64,000 nucleotides of DNA from assembly GCA_951406725.2 (NCBI GenBank), contig OX597815.1, positions 151,962,001-152,026,000 on the forward strand, in the 5' to 3' direction. Shown here piece after piece: positions 38,589 to 50,975 of the stretch. The notes below the pieces were generated by a model. The model worked only from the letters and a program-made list of their open reading frames with translations. It ran no database searches and was not told the DNA's origin. The position numbers and the translations under genes were made by a program. Origin of the DNA: Octopus vulgaris. Its lineage: Eukaryota. The number at the start of each line of letters is the position of its first letter. Within the stretch, counting starts at the first letter, position 1.

Positions 38589-40059
38589 TTATTCTAGTGT
38601 GTCGTGGGTGGCATGAATCAAACGGTAGGTATTGTTTGGAGTCTGTCGGTTTATAGTAGATATCTGTCTCTATTTTTTTGCCGGTTTTCTTAATGAGGAT
38701 GTCTAAAAATGGTAATTCTTTTTCGTTGTGATCCATCGTGAATTGTATATTATCATTTATGCCATTTAATAGTATTTTAAATTCCTCAAGTTTCTCTATA
38801 CCTTTGTCCCAGATGATGAAACAGTCATCGAGGTATCTTTTCAAGTTGTTCTGGATATAGGTGGAGAAGGTGTTTCCAAATTTCTCGAGTGTTATCTGGT
38901 AGAGTATTTTCTCGAGGTATCCCATCACTAGGTTGGCAAAAGATGGTGCAGTACGCGTGCCCATCGCTGTTCCCGATCTTTGTCTGTAGAAATTATTGTC
39001 AAAAATAAAGTAATTGTTCTCTAAAATAAATCTAAGTCCTTCTATTGTAAGGTCTTTGTTTATGCGAGTTGGGAGTTCAAAGGGGTAGTTATTCAGCCAG
39101 AAGGTGATCGCTTCTATTCCTAGGTTGTGAGGGATGTTAGAATAAAGATTAACTACGTCGAATGATACTAGAAGGGTTTTCTCATTGACTGTTTTAGGGA
39201 GGTGGTTGAGCATATCTATATCGTCTCTTACGTAGCTTTTGATGTGTTTTAGGAAAGGTTTAAGAAGTGTGTCTAAGAAATTGCCGAGGCGGTGAGTCTC
39301 ACATGCTGGCCCTGCTATTATCGGTCTAAGTTTAAGATCATTTGGTGAAGGGATTTTGATGAGTATATCGGTAGATGTTTTGCACGTTTCTCTAATTATT
39401 TGGCTTTTGTGTACTTTAAGGATACCACAGAACAAACTCAATTTGCATTTGAAGTTAGTGATGTATTCATACTCCTTGTCCGTGAGTCCTTCTCGGTATG
39501 TGTTGATTAATGTCCTAAGGTTATGCATTATTTTTTGCTGATTATACTGTTGGGTCCTTTCATAATACGTTTCATATCTTAATAGGGATAGCACTAAATT
39601 TTTATAATCGTTTGTATTCATTATTACTATCGCGTTGCCCTTATCTGCCTCCTTAATTGTTATTGCTTTGTCTTCTCTTAGTTTGATGAGGTCGTTCCAT
39701 TCTCTTTTGTTGAAGTTAGGGCTGTGCTTTTGTTTCTTGATGAATTGAAACGGGAAATTAGTTATGTAGTCACAATAGCGGTCTAAGGCTTTATTCTTTC
39801 CCTTGGTGGGGGTGTAATTGCTCTTGTTTCTAGCTATTGAATCCTCCTCTATTTGTTTGTCTTGAAATTCCTCGGTGAGTCTTAGTTTTCTGCAAAATTC
39901 CGAAATATCATCTTTCATTTCATAGTAATTAGAACGTTGTGGGGTTGGTGTAAATTTAAGTCCTTTGGAGAGTATGCTTATTTCGTTAGGTGTAAGTTCT
40001 TTGTTTGAGAGATTGATTATCTTAATTACCTGAGGTTTCTTTTGTTTGTCCTTTGTCAT
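38566..40059 (-). CDS. Penelope-type reverse transcriptase
   Basis: Motifs IKEADKG, LRPIIAG, LVSFDVVNLYSNIP, YRQRSGTAMG, RYLDDCF, LPFLD, YYKPTDS. Confidence 0.92.
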   Translation of the reverse strand: MTKDKQKKPQVIKIINLSNKELTPNEISILSKGLKFTPTPQRSNYYEMKDDISEFCRKLRLTEEFQDKQIEEDSIARNKSNYTPTKGKNKALDRYCDYITNFPFQFIKKQKHSPNFNKREWNDLIKLREDKAITIKEADKGNAIVIMNTNDYKNLVLSLLRYETYYERTQQYNQQKIMHNLRTLINTYREGLTDKEYEYITNFKCKLSLFCGILKVHKSQIIRETCKTSTDILIKIPSPNDLKLRPIIAGPACETHRLGNFLDTLLKPFLKHIKSYVRDDIDMLNHLPKTVNEKTLLVSFDVVNLYSNIPHNLGIEAITFWLNNYPFELPTRINKDLTIEGLRFILENNYFIFDNNFYRQRSGTAMGTRTAPSFANLVMGYLEKILYQITLEKFGNTFSTYIQNNLKRYLDDCFIIWDKGIEKLEEFKILLNGINDNIQFTMDHNEKELPFLDILIKKTGKKIETDIYYKPTDSKQYLPFDSCHPRHTRINVPFLFS

Positions 40060-41378
40060 CGTGTGTCCCTGTTCCTGTGTGTAAGGTCTAAAAAATGGTT
40101 GGTGTAGTTATGTTCAAAACTACTATTTATCTGTCTCATGTTGTTATAATTGTCAGAGTGAGTTTGTGGTGCTCTGTTCTGAAGTGTGTTGTTGTACCTA
40201 GTGTTCCGTCTTAGTTCATCAGGTATATTGTGTTGGTAGTTGTTTCCTCCGTAGTGCATTTGTTGTTTGTTAGGTTTGTATGGTTGGTTCCTGGGGTGGA
40301 TGTTTGGTAGTAGCATTTTAGTTTGGTTATGTGGATTGTATTTCATAGTATTGTATGTTGTGGCTCTTAGGTTCGTGAAATGGTGTGGTGGGCCCCTGTA
40401 AGTGTTTTGGGGTTGGTGTAGGTAGTGTGGGGTGCGTTTTAAATGTATTTTTCTGGTGTAGAGTGTGTTTGGATTTCTTGGTGGTTGTTCTGTTCTGTTG
40501 GTATATCTATTTTCGAACTGGTGTGGTGGGCCTCTGTAGGTGTTTTGGGGTTGGTGTAGGTAGTGTGGGGTGTGTTTTAAGTGTATTTTTCTGGTGTAGA
40601 GTGTGTTAGGATTTCTTGGTGGTTGTTCCATTCTGTTGGTATTTGGTTTTGATTTACTTAATTTTATGAAGGGGTTGTTGGATATGTGTTCATTTTTTGA
40701 AGTTGGTTTCATAATCTAAAAACCAGATGGCGCTCTTGTCCCATCGTTGGAGGGACTTAAGTTCCTCTTTTTCACATTCTTCATTCCATAGTGCTAGTAA
40801 TGTTTCAGTATTGATGTCGTCTATTAGTTTGATGACTTCTTCGTTGATTTCCTCGTCTATGGTTTTTACTTTTTCTTCATTCGTCTTAGCTCTCAGCTTG
40901 AGTAGTTCTATTTTCATCTTCATTTTTTCTAATGACATTTTTTCTCTAAGTTTTCTTTGTTCTTCTGGTTCTCCTTTCCTGATCGTCCAATAACACTATA
41001 CTTGTTCCACATCCTCGTGGAACCAGCACTAGTGAGGTTGCCAGGCAGTTTGCACCACTAAGAAACCTATGAGTGGTAGAGCTTTATGCATGGTTATGAG
41101 GGGTGAAAGTATGAGAGAAGAGCCCAGGGTAGAAAAGCTTCCTTGCTGCAGAAGAACTGCATGGTATGATCTGGGAAGAGATAAAAATAGTGGTGTGGTG
41201 CAGGAGTGAGTGTGTGGTAAGTAGCTTGCTAACCAACCACATGGTTCCGAGTTCAGTCCCACTGTGTGGCACCTTGGGAAAGCGTCTTCTACTATAGCTT
41301 CGGGCCAACCAAAGCCTTGTGAGTGGATTTGGTAGACAGAAACTGAAAGAAGCCCATCCTATATATATATATATATGT

Positions 41379-41422
<44 letters not shown>

Positions 41423-42512
41423 GTGTGTGTGTTTTGTGTGTCTATGTTTGTCCCCCCAACATTGCTTGACAACCGATGCTGGTGTGTTTACATCGCTGTA
41501 ACTTAGCAGTTCAGCAAAAGGGGTTGATAGAGTAAGTACCAGGCTTACAAAGAATAAGTCCTGGTTCGATTTGCTCAACTAAAGGCAATGTTCCAGCATA
41601 TAAAAAAAAATGTGCTTTTAACGTTCCACTAGCACGAGTGCCAATCAGGCAGTCCTGTCTTCAGCCACGTTAGCAATTTTGATTTCGCTTGCCTCAACAG
41701 GTCTTTGCAAGCAAAGATTGTTGTCCAAATAATAATAATAATAATGGTTTCAAATTTTGCCACAAGGGCAGCAATTTTGTGGGCAGGCATGAGTTTATTG
41801 CATTGACCTCAGTGGTGAACCGGTACATATTTTCTTGATCCTGAAAGGCATTTTGCTCAGTGTGCTAATGATCGTGCCAATAATAATAATAAACGCCTTT
41901 ATGTAGTGGCTTTCATGGCTTCTGATCTTAACTGATTGGAAGTGTTATCATGTACATTGTTTTGTCTTCGTATAAAAGATGGGCTACAGCAAATATTCTG
42001 CTCAATACCACAGATTTACTTGTCAATTATTTGACCTTAACAGTTGAGCATGCCCCTTAATGGCTGACGATATGTGCATCTCTGATCATGAGCAGTAGTG
42101 GGGGAACATCATAGCCATGTGTTGATAGGAATTCTTTGGAGTTTAAATAATTCACTTCTGGAAACATGGGTGTTTTGTTCATCATCTTTAAATAACCTTC
42201 ATTCAGGGACCTTTTGATTGGGATGGGCTACTCAACCTGATGAAAATTCTAACTGGGCCCCACCTGGAGGGCCATGCTCTGTTTATCTTGATATCAGATC
42301 TCTATGCCGCACACATGGTTGTGATACTTGTGCCTGGTGTACCCTTATCAGATGAGTAGTCATGATGGCTATTCTGGGCTTCGTATATTTTACCCCGGTG
42401 TCACTTTGATGGCATGCACTTCTCACTCACTCAATAATAATAATAATAATAATGATGATGATAATAATAATAAATGTCTAAAAATATAGTAATTTCTTTC
42501 CATTTCTTGTAG

Positions 42513-42657
42513 ATTGTTGATCTTCTATACATAACAGAATTCTCTAAAGAAGCATTAAAGTCATCCAAAAATGATTTAGAGAAAGCCTTGAATCTTCTCA
42601 ATAATTATGATGGAATTTTGCCCCCTAATCCAACTTCACCCCTTCAGTCACCCCAAG
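42513..42657 (+). CDS. NUB1: NUB1-like penultimate exon (last UBA-like domain plus Pro/Ser linker)
   Basis: AG|...|GTAACT boundaries. IVDLLYITEFSKEALKSSKNDLEKALNLLNNYDGILPPNPTSPLQSPQ resembles the NUB1 last UBA (AL..xxN/D.xxA..L...G.LPP). Its phase-1 end fits the next exon. Confidence 0.65.
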
Positions 42658-43873
42658 GTAACTGTTTGATATTTTCACCCAACTCCCAACACCAGCTGTC
42701 ACACCACCCCAAGGTAGCATGAGTTGCTTGACCTGCCAACAGTTGTAGTCAAATCTTCCTTAAATCATTGTCTACCATCTAAAAATTAAAAAAAGAAACA
42801 AAGGAATATATTAGATAATATAGTCCTTGATATGTGGAGGCACATGGCCTAGTGGTTAGAGCAGTGGGCTCATGGTTAAGGGATCATGGGTTCGAATCTC
42901 AGACCAAGTGAAACACCTAAGCTTCACGTGGCTTTAGCAGAAAGTAATAGCGAGCTTCTGCTGACTCTTTCACCACCACTTTCTCCCACTCTTTCCTCCG
43001 GCATCAAGCAGCTCACCTGCAATAGACTGGCATCCTGTTCAGGTGGGGAACCTACACGCCAATGAAACTGGGGATATTGGCCCTTTGGTGCCAGGCATAG
43101 CTCGACAAGGAGTAAACAACAACAATCCTTGATACAATATGTCGAAAAATAGATGGAGTGGCCATAACTGGAATACCTTTGATCAAACTTAAGCAGAGAC
43201 TATACAACAACATACAGAATAGCTGGTTGCTATGTTTTGTTTTTTTCCCCACCTGGCCCAGTTTTTTCTTAATCACTCCATCACCAGGTATCCTGTGGTT
43301 ATCCAATGAACGCTGTCTGCTCAAAATGCCTTTTTTTTTTTTTAAAAAGATTTGTTTTTTTTTCATATCCAACTTCCGATGTGGGTAATGGTTGGGATTA
43401 TTGGTTTTCACCTGGTTGACTTGGGTTTGATTCCTGGCATCAGAAAGTTAATTGAGTTTTATGGGTGTGGGTGTGGTTGAGTGATTAAGAAGTTGGTTCC
43501 CCAAGTATATGGTTTCTGTTTCAACCCCACTGTGTAGCACCTTGCACAACTGAATCTGGCAGATAGAAACTCTGTGGAAGCATATCATATATATATAGAT
43601 ATATGTGTATGTATGTCCAATTGTGTAGCTAGTGTGTGTGCCACCCAGGGCAGCCCTTCTATTTGCTACTCCCGGACCCCACAAGAAACACATATTACCT
43701 ACAGCAAACCCAAAAGTGGTGCTCCTTTAAAAGTGCCACTCGGGGCGAGCGGTTCCCCCACACCCCACCCCGAATGCTACGCTAGTGTGTGTGTCTTTGT
43801 GTTTGTCCTCACTGCTGCTTGACAACAAGTGTTGGTTTACAGTCACAGTCCCAGGAATTTTTCACAAAGAGGG

Positions 43874-44120
43874 CATAAGGTCAGAAAGGAATACAATTTC
43901 AGGAGAAAAAGGCGTAATAATATTATTTAGAAGGGCGCACTTCTTTTCTTGAGGGGGACACGTCCCCCTCAAGAAAAGAAGTGCGCCCTTCTAAATAATA
44001 TTATTACGCCCTTTTCTCCTGAAATTGTATTCCTGTCCCCCTCAAGAAAAGAAGTGCGCCCTTCTAAATAATATTATTACGCCTTTTTCTCCTGAAATTG
44101 TATTCCTTTCTGACCTTATG
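43874..44120. repeat. Near-perfect hairpin with a duplicated right arm
   Basis: Left arm 43874-43959, 2-nt loop, right arm 43962-44034, second right arm 44035-44120. Confidence 0.95.
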
Positions 44121-44331
44121 TCCCAGTTTTATTTACATCCCCTTAATGGTTCGCCAAAATCGACTGATAGAATATGCATCAAATTAAAAAGAAAATATGT
44201 CCTGGGGTTAATTTATTTGATTAAATCCTTCAAGGTAGTGCTCCAGCATGGCTGCAATCCAATGACTGAAACAAGTAAAAGATAAAATGATAACCGACAT
44301 TTTACATTTATAATCCTTTCTATTTTGACAG

Positions 44332-44483
44332 AAAATACTCAAGAACAAGACATGAAAGAGAAGGAGGTGTTGGATAATTTCAGGAAAATTCTACCCAGAG
44401 ATTCCGAAGATTACCTTGATTTCTTACTTATAGAAGAATCACAGATCCTTTCAGACTATCTGAGTTTACTGGAACACGTCTAG
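44332..44483 (+). CDS. NUB1: NUB1-like terminal exon
   Basis: Acceptor tattttgacAG|. (E)NTQEQDMKEKEVLDNFRKILPRDSEDYLDFLLIEESQILSDYLSLLEHV* matches the recalled NUB1 C-terminus pattern EDYLD..L.EE..I..YLS. Confidence 0.7.
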
Positions 44484-45050
44484 CAGAACATCAGATGGAA
44501 AACTTGTTTGTTTGGAGATAAGACTTACTTGATACACAGGAAAGACAGAACAGGAAACTTAATTATTTGGTCATGTTTATTGCTACAATCTTACGAGTTG
44601 TTGAAAGATCTTTTAATATTTCATCTTGAAAATTAAGCCGGCTGTCATGGCATGGACTGATTATACTTGTGTTAGATTTTCTAAAATTAAAATTGAATTT
44701 TTTCTAAAATTAAAATTAAAATTGAATTTTTCTATAAATTAAATTTAAAAATTGTTTTGATTTAATGAATAGGTGTGGTGTAAAGGTTTCAATATTCCAA
44801 CAGAAATATTATGATAGAATATTCTCCTGAGGAAAACACTTGGAAGGAATTAGTTTCATGATTCTATAGGAAATATGTTAGTGAAAATATTGATAACTAA
44901 TTTTCTTAATAAATAGTCTATGTTTTTTTACAGTCATATATGCATATCGTGTGTGTGTGTGTTTTGTATGTATGTATGTATGTATGTATGTATGTATGTA
45001 TGTATGTATGTATGTATGTATGTATGTATGTATGTATGTATGTATGTATG

Positions 45051-45324
45051 AGTAATTAGAAAATGGAGAAAACCATAGATTAACCAGCACATTGATTGGA
45101 CCACATTTATAGCTTACTTATTAATACACAGCATGAATTAATTCGGATGTCCTATGAAGATGAAGAATCTTATTCTCACATTTATGTATAGACTGCATTC
45201 TGGTAATCTGATTAGAAACAGCTGTAAGATTTGTTTTGTCATGCTTTGTATTAATAAATATGTTATAAATGTGGTCCAATTGATATGTTGGTTAATTTAT
45301 GGTTTTCTCCATTTTCTAATTACT
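45051..45324. mobile_element. Foldback MITE-like element with ~85-bp imperfect TIRs
   Basis: agtaattagaaaatggagaaaaccata...gcatga pairs with tcatgc...tatggttttctccattttctaattact. Confidence 0.8.
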
Positions 45325-46542
45325 TGCCTTGGTTCTTGATAAACTCTTGTTTATCCTGTTGTTATCTATACTCTATGTGTATGCTGTGCCTTCACACCAT
45401 CGCCTGGGGATAATACAGATACTGATAGTATATACGGATATTTTATCCCTTATTAGGTTACTATAACCACTAACTCTATTTATATATGTGTATATATATG
45501 TATGTGTGTGTGTATGTATACATATATATACACATGTACATAATTTAAAAGTTCTTGAAAGTATACAGTGAAATATCATAACAATGATAGAAGAATAAGC
45601 CAGAAGTGATGGGAGTATATTTATATACCTTTATAAAATGTCTCGATTTTCCTAAGATGATGATAGCTTATCCTGTCATTTTCTTCTTTTTTGTGTTGCT
45701 TTCACTTCTGGTTTATTTTCTACTATTACCTATACATACATATTTCTTTATTTTCACACACACATATCAGATAAAAAATAAGTCGTAAGAGTACCTGCAG
45801 AAATCAAATGTTGCATCTCTTGTAAACCCTTCCAGCTGTAGTAACCACTGCACCAAAACAACATCAGAAACCATTTGAAACAAATATCCTTTTTTATCAA
45901 AAATTATCTCAGTAAAACAAAAGATTAACACAGACTTAATGAAAGAAATCCTTTTTCATGGAGAAATTGACCAGAGAGATATTCAAAAGACATGGCAGAG
46001 GATGTAAAGCTGTTGTCCCTTATTAATTTTTTTCTTGGCAACTTTTCTCTGGAGGAGTCTATTTGAAATGTTGGATCTTCCACTCTTCATGGCAGCTTCG
46101 CTATACCTTTTTTTCACTGTACTGTAATTTTACTAATATACATGCACACATACACATATAAATACATACACACACAAGCAGCATGTTATGCATATGAGGT
46201 ACACATGTACACCAATACTCAGAGTAACCAGTAGGCATTGATAAAAAAAAAACTGTCCACAAGAGGCCTTATCATGCTAAAAGGAATATTTCGTTGAGGG
46301 AAAAGTATTAGTGTGTGTAAATGTATAGTTGAAAATTGTACAAAGACAGCCAAGAAAAGAACAAGCAAGGAGTGTCAGTTTGATGCTCAGGAAAAAATGG
46401 AAGAGTCTTTGACACTTCAAGCCTATGCTTTCCTACAGAAAGGAATGAAGAAAAAAATGGAGAGAGAGAAGAAAAATGTGTCTGGATTAATGATTGCACA
46501 CACATATATCTATGTAAGTGTGTGTGTGTGTGTGTGTACATA

Positions 46543-46915
46543 TAGGTGCAGGAGTAGCTGTGTGGTAAGTAGCTTGCTTACCAACTACATGGTTCTGGGT
46601 TCAGTCCCACTGCGTGGCTCCTTGGTCAACTGTTTTCTACTATAGCTTCGGGTCCGACCAAAGCCTTGTGAGTGGATTTAGTAGACAGAAATTAAAAGAA
46701 GCCCATCGTATATATATATGTGTGTGTGTGTTTGTCCCTAACATCACCTGACAACCGATGCTGGTATGTTCACATCCTCGTAACTTAGCGGTTTGGCAAA
46801 AGAGACCGATAGAATAAATTCTAGGCTTACAAAGAATAAGTCCTAGGGTCGATTTTCTCGAGTAAGGGTGGTGTTCCAGCATGGCCACAGTCAAATGACT
46901 GAAATAAATAAAAGA
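46543..46915 (+). mobile_element. tRNA-derived SINE, family A (representative copy)
   Basis: A/B-box-like head (tgtgtggtaag...ggttcagtccc), CORE-like segment, internal (TA/TG)n. Other copies near 4360-4515, 12025-12450, 22570-22725, 33915-34380, 41200-41600, 55350-55590 and 61020-61425. Confidence 0.85.
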
Positions 46916-47659
46916 ATGTATACATAAGTGTGGGTCCTGTTTTATAAGTGGATGAGATTTGTAGGAAAAGTGGGTCATGAAATGTCAAGAAACAAGACCG
47001 AATTATAATGTAATTAACAAAGACTGATCCTGATATTACTAAAACTTTACCAAACATGTACTTATATATGGCTGTTTTTTTTAAATAAATAAATATTTAA
47101 AATATTTGAAAACGTCTTATTTCTTCTTATACAATGATTTAATCTACTTTGGTCCTGTAGCACCACCTTTTGTCCATATCTATGCCAAAACAGACGTCTC
47201 CAATGTTGGTGCTCCATAAAAAGCATCCAGTACACCCTGTAAAGTGTTTGGCATTAGGAAGGGCATCCAGATGTAGAGACCATTCCAAAACAGACTCAAA
47301 CTTGACACAGTCCACTGGTTTACCTGCTCCTCTCAAACTGTCCAACCCATGCCAGCATGGGAGACAGATGTTAAATGATGATAATGATGGTGATGTGACT
47401 CCTTCGCTGATATTTTGTGTAACCTTGACACAATGGGACAACTGTAACTTAGGTTATTGGTTGGTAGACTGAGGTTTTGAGGGTTCCTTTTAACCTTTTT
47501 TGTTAAGGACTGCAGTATTGACCCCTGGCATGATTTCCCTCTTATTTCTTCCTAAATACCAAAATAAAGATGTTGATATTTTTTGGGATGTCATGGCTAT
47601 GTTCCTAGGCAGGAACCTTATCACAAAGTTCCTGAAATACTTTACAAATTTAAACAAAA

Positions 47660-48000
47660 ATATTCAAGTCTTTTGAATTTCAGGAATTTGTGTTTTCATT
47701 CCAGAGGTTGAAACAGTCATCTAGAAATCTTTTCCAATTTTCTTTTATGTATTGGGAAAGAGGGTTTCCAAATGTAGATACAGATTCCTGGTATATTATT
47801 ATTTCCAGATAGCTCATTGTTAAGTTCGCAATGACTGGGACTGCCCTAGTACCCATGGCAGTCCCGGATTTTTGTCGATAAAACGTGTTGTCAAACATAA
47901 AGTGGTTGTTTCATAGGATGAATTCAACCGATTCAATTATGAATTCTTTGCTGATTCTTTACAGTATTTCTCCTGGATATTGATTCAGCCAGAACTGAAT
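47660..48000 (-). mobile_element. Penelope RT fragment
   Basis: FDNTFYRQKSGTAMGTRAVPVIANLTM...WKRFLDDCF. Confidence 0.85.
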
Positions 48001-48741
48001 TTCAGCTATAATGGATCGTAATTATAGGTCCCCTGGATGCTCGGGCTGCCACCAAAACTACATAGGGTCCACGGGATTATCACTCAGACGCAGATGCACT
48101 CTGCATCTACAGCAGATTGCATTCCCAATATACAGAATGATACCCTTTAGTAAACACATTGAGAAATGAGCAAAGTAACTACTGCCACAATTTCTAATCT
48201 TTCCATTTTATCAATGTGCTATTGGTACACCAACACAAGTTAGATTAAATAAGGAAACCTACTTATAATATAAGTCCAAAGTTAACCTTTTCTAGCATTT
48301 TTAAATGAGGAAACTTACCTCATTGGAAAATATATATATATATAAATCAAAACCTAACCACTTCTAACATTCTATTCTTTCTAACCCAAATCATTTTAAA
48401 TTAATAAAACCTAGTCATTCCCAATATTTATAATTATCTCTCTTATACCGAAAAAATCCCTGATTACCTTCCCCTGTCTGAAACTCTCATACTTCAAATC
48501 ATAGCAAAGAGATGACACAGTATCGGTAAAAAAATTCGAGAAATTTGAGAAGCAAATACGAAACCGGTTATTTCTCCAAAAACAATGTTACTATACACAA
48601 AAATTTATAGCATTTTTAAAAACAAGACGATTTAAATATATTCTTTAACCATATAAACAAGTCTTCGGAAGTTTTTCACTTTATTTTGTCTTTTATATGT
48701 ATATATGTATATCACCTTGATCACATTGACTGACCAGTCCG

Positions 48742-49295
48742 TCAGGCGTCCATTTGACACTCCTGGTCACAGCACGCTGTCCACTCCTCTCTGGATTGCG
48801 CCTTTATCATCCACGTGATCCCAATCATCCTCCTGAAATCGTAACTCCACCGTCGTGGTGGTCTTCTGGGTGGTCTTTTCCGCTCGCGCGGGTACCACTC
48901 GACAACTGCGTGGGTCCACCGATTATCGGTGAGCCGGGCGACGTGTCCAGCCCATCTATACTTGCTGCGTGTATACTCTGCGATGACATCTCTCACACTG
49001 GACTTCTTTCTGATGATCTCGCTACAGATGTGCTCTCTCAACGAGATACCAAGCATTGACCTTTCCATGGCACTTTGAGCCGTTACCAGTCTTTGCTCTT
49101 CTCTCTTTGTGGTAGCCCATGTTTCACTACCATATAACATTGCAGGCAGAACTGCACTGTTAATGAGGTTGGCACGGGTGGTCCTGTCCAACCTTCCCTT
49201 GAGGATATCTCTTATGCCATTAAACGCCTTCCATCCGGCCCTTACTCTCCGTGAGATCTCCTTTTTGATATCTTGGCACATATTTACTTCCTGTC
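48742..49295 (-). mobile_element. 3' fragment of a second RTE-clade LINE family
   Basis: MLYGSETWA, YRWAGHVARLTDNRWT, RPPRRW. Confidence 0.88.
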
Positions 49296-49639
49296 CCATA
49301 TACATACATATATATATATATACATACAAACACACGTATATACATATATATATATATATCTTTATACATATACATATATATATATATATATTCATATTAA
49401 TCTATCTATCTGCTAGACAAACGCTATTCAAATGGGCTCCACGTAAGTTGGCCAAAACCACAAAAAAAAACCTGACACATGGAGACATAAAAACAAGCAA
49501 CCACCTATACACAACACCACCAGAACACATTAAAATATTGCACATCACACCAACCCTGCATCACACTAAAATCCAATTACCCCAATGCGGTTGGAAGATG
49601 CCAGGTGTACTCTTCCAAGAAACTTTATAGTGATCTCCT

Positions 49640-50975
49640 CGAGTGGGGGATTGGAATGCTACCTTGGAAACAGATGGAGCAACTGCATCGGGTCGTTGAG
49701 ATAGTATCTAGATAGGATACTGTGTAGGACAGTAGATAGAGATAGCGTAGGGTGTCCACAATTCTACATAGTCAGCTACACGGATCACAAATTTGTGACG
49801 TGTACGCTAGACTTAGATAAGACAGATAGGCAGGGTCCCGGTTACTGGAAACTGAACACATGTTTCCCGTTGAGACAGGTTTTCAGAGACCGGATTAGCA
49901 CACTAGTAAAGAGGGCTTCGACGGGAGCCATCATCAACAACAAATGGTGGTTTACCCTTGAGAGCAGTAAAAGCGGAAGCGATTAATTATAGTAAAGCAC
50001 TAGCAATAGATAGAAACAGTGTAGAGGGTGACCTAGTTTAGAAGCTAGAAGAAGCGATTAGAAGTGGCTTCGCATTCGACATTTTGACGGCGAGGTTGGC
50101 CCTCGACCAACACTTCAATGCTAAACATGAATGGTGTGTTGTCAGAGCTAGGATGCGTGCTTTAAGGAACGAATGTGTTGGAGTCGCATAAGAGGCCCTC
50201 GCATAAGAGGCACAAAAGGGCAACAAAGCCAACATTCAGTCTCTGGTAGATGAATAAGGGCACGAATTACTCAAACCAAGTAAAATGTGTGTGGCTTTTC
50301 AACAGCATTTTGCCCGACTGTTCAGGACGAGTAGTGAGCGAGAACGCAGGGTGGATTTCAGTGCCTACCAGCACAGCCTGTCACGACTTTCGACAAGAGA
50401 GGCAGAGTGCTGCGAAGGTGCCATCATGGTGGCGCAAGTGCGGGACATAATGGCGGAATGCTCGAGGGACAAATCACCGGGTTTGGATGGTCTACCCTAT
50501 GAGCTTAACAGTTGTATGCCAGACTTGTTCGGAGATGTCTTGGCAGCAGTGTACTGCAACTGGCTGAGGAGCCATAACACTGCATAAGAAAGATCTAAAC
50601 AAGGGGAACGTAATATATAACTTACGGCCCATCACTATTCTCAATGCAGACTTGAAAATTTTGGCCATGGTGTTAGCCAAGAGGTTGGTGCTTGTCATTG
50701 AGAAACTGGTTGACAAGGTGTAAAACATGCACCATGCCAGGCCGGAGCATCCATAACAACCTCCATCTGATGCGCTACATCATAGACAGGGTAGTTAAGG
50801 AACCTGGCATGAGTGGGGCCCTGATCAATTTGGATCAATCCAAAGCTTTCGATTGGGTAGACCATCGATACTTGGAGGCTGTCCTCATAGCGGTTGGTTT
50901 TGGTCCCGTCTTCCGCAGCTGGATAGATGCCTTGTACAGAGGCATCCGTTCGGTAATTCGCATGAATGGACATCT
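49640..50975 (+). mobile_element. L1/Tx1-clade LINE fragment (APE end to RT)
   Basis: DHKFVTC, GPGYWKLN, KSPGLDGLPYE, GRSIHNNL, LDQSKAFDWVDHRYL. Contains stops and frameshifts. Confidence 0.85.

Larger units (their letters stand above)
36850..41010 (-). mobile_element. Penelope-like retroelement (Neptune-like), near full length
   Basis: Consecutive overlapping minus-strand ORFs 40690-40938, 40056-40712, 38566-40059 (RT) and 37761-38588 (GIY-YIG). The 3' region has tandem repeats and a hammerhead motif. Confidence 0.92.
35423..41590. repeat. Left arm of inverted segmental duplication (interrupted by the Penelope element)
   Basis: 35423-36840 is the reverse complement of 62622-64000. 41025-41590 is the reverse complement of ~61060-61597, including non-SINE sequence. 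Confidence 0.9.

Noticed and set aside
45795-46110. Possible minus-strand exon ending at ctgcag|GTACTC
   Set aside because: All frames have stops over the block and I recognise no protein motif.
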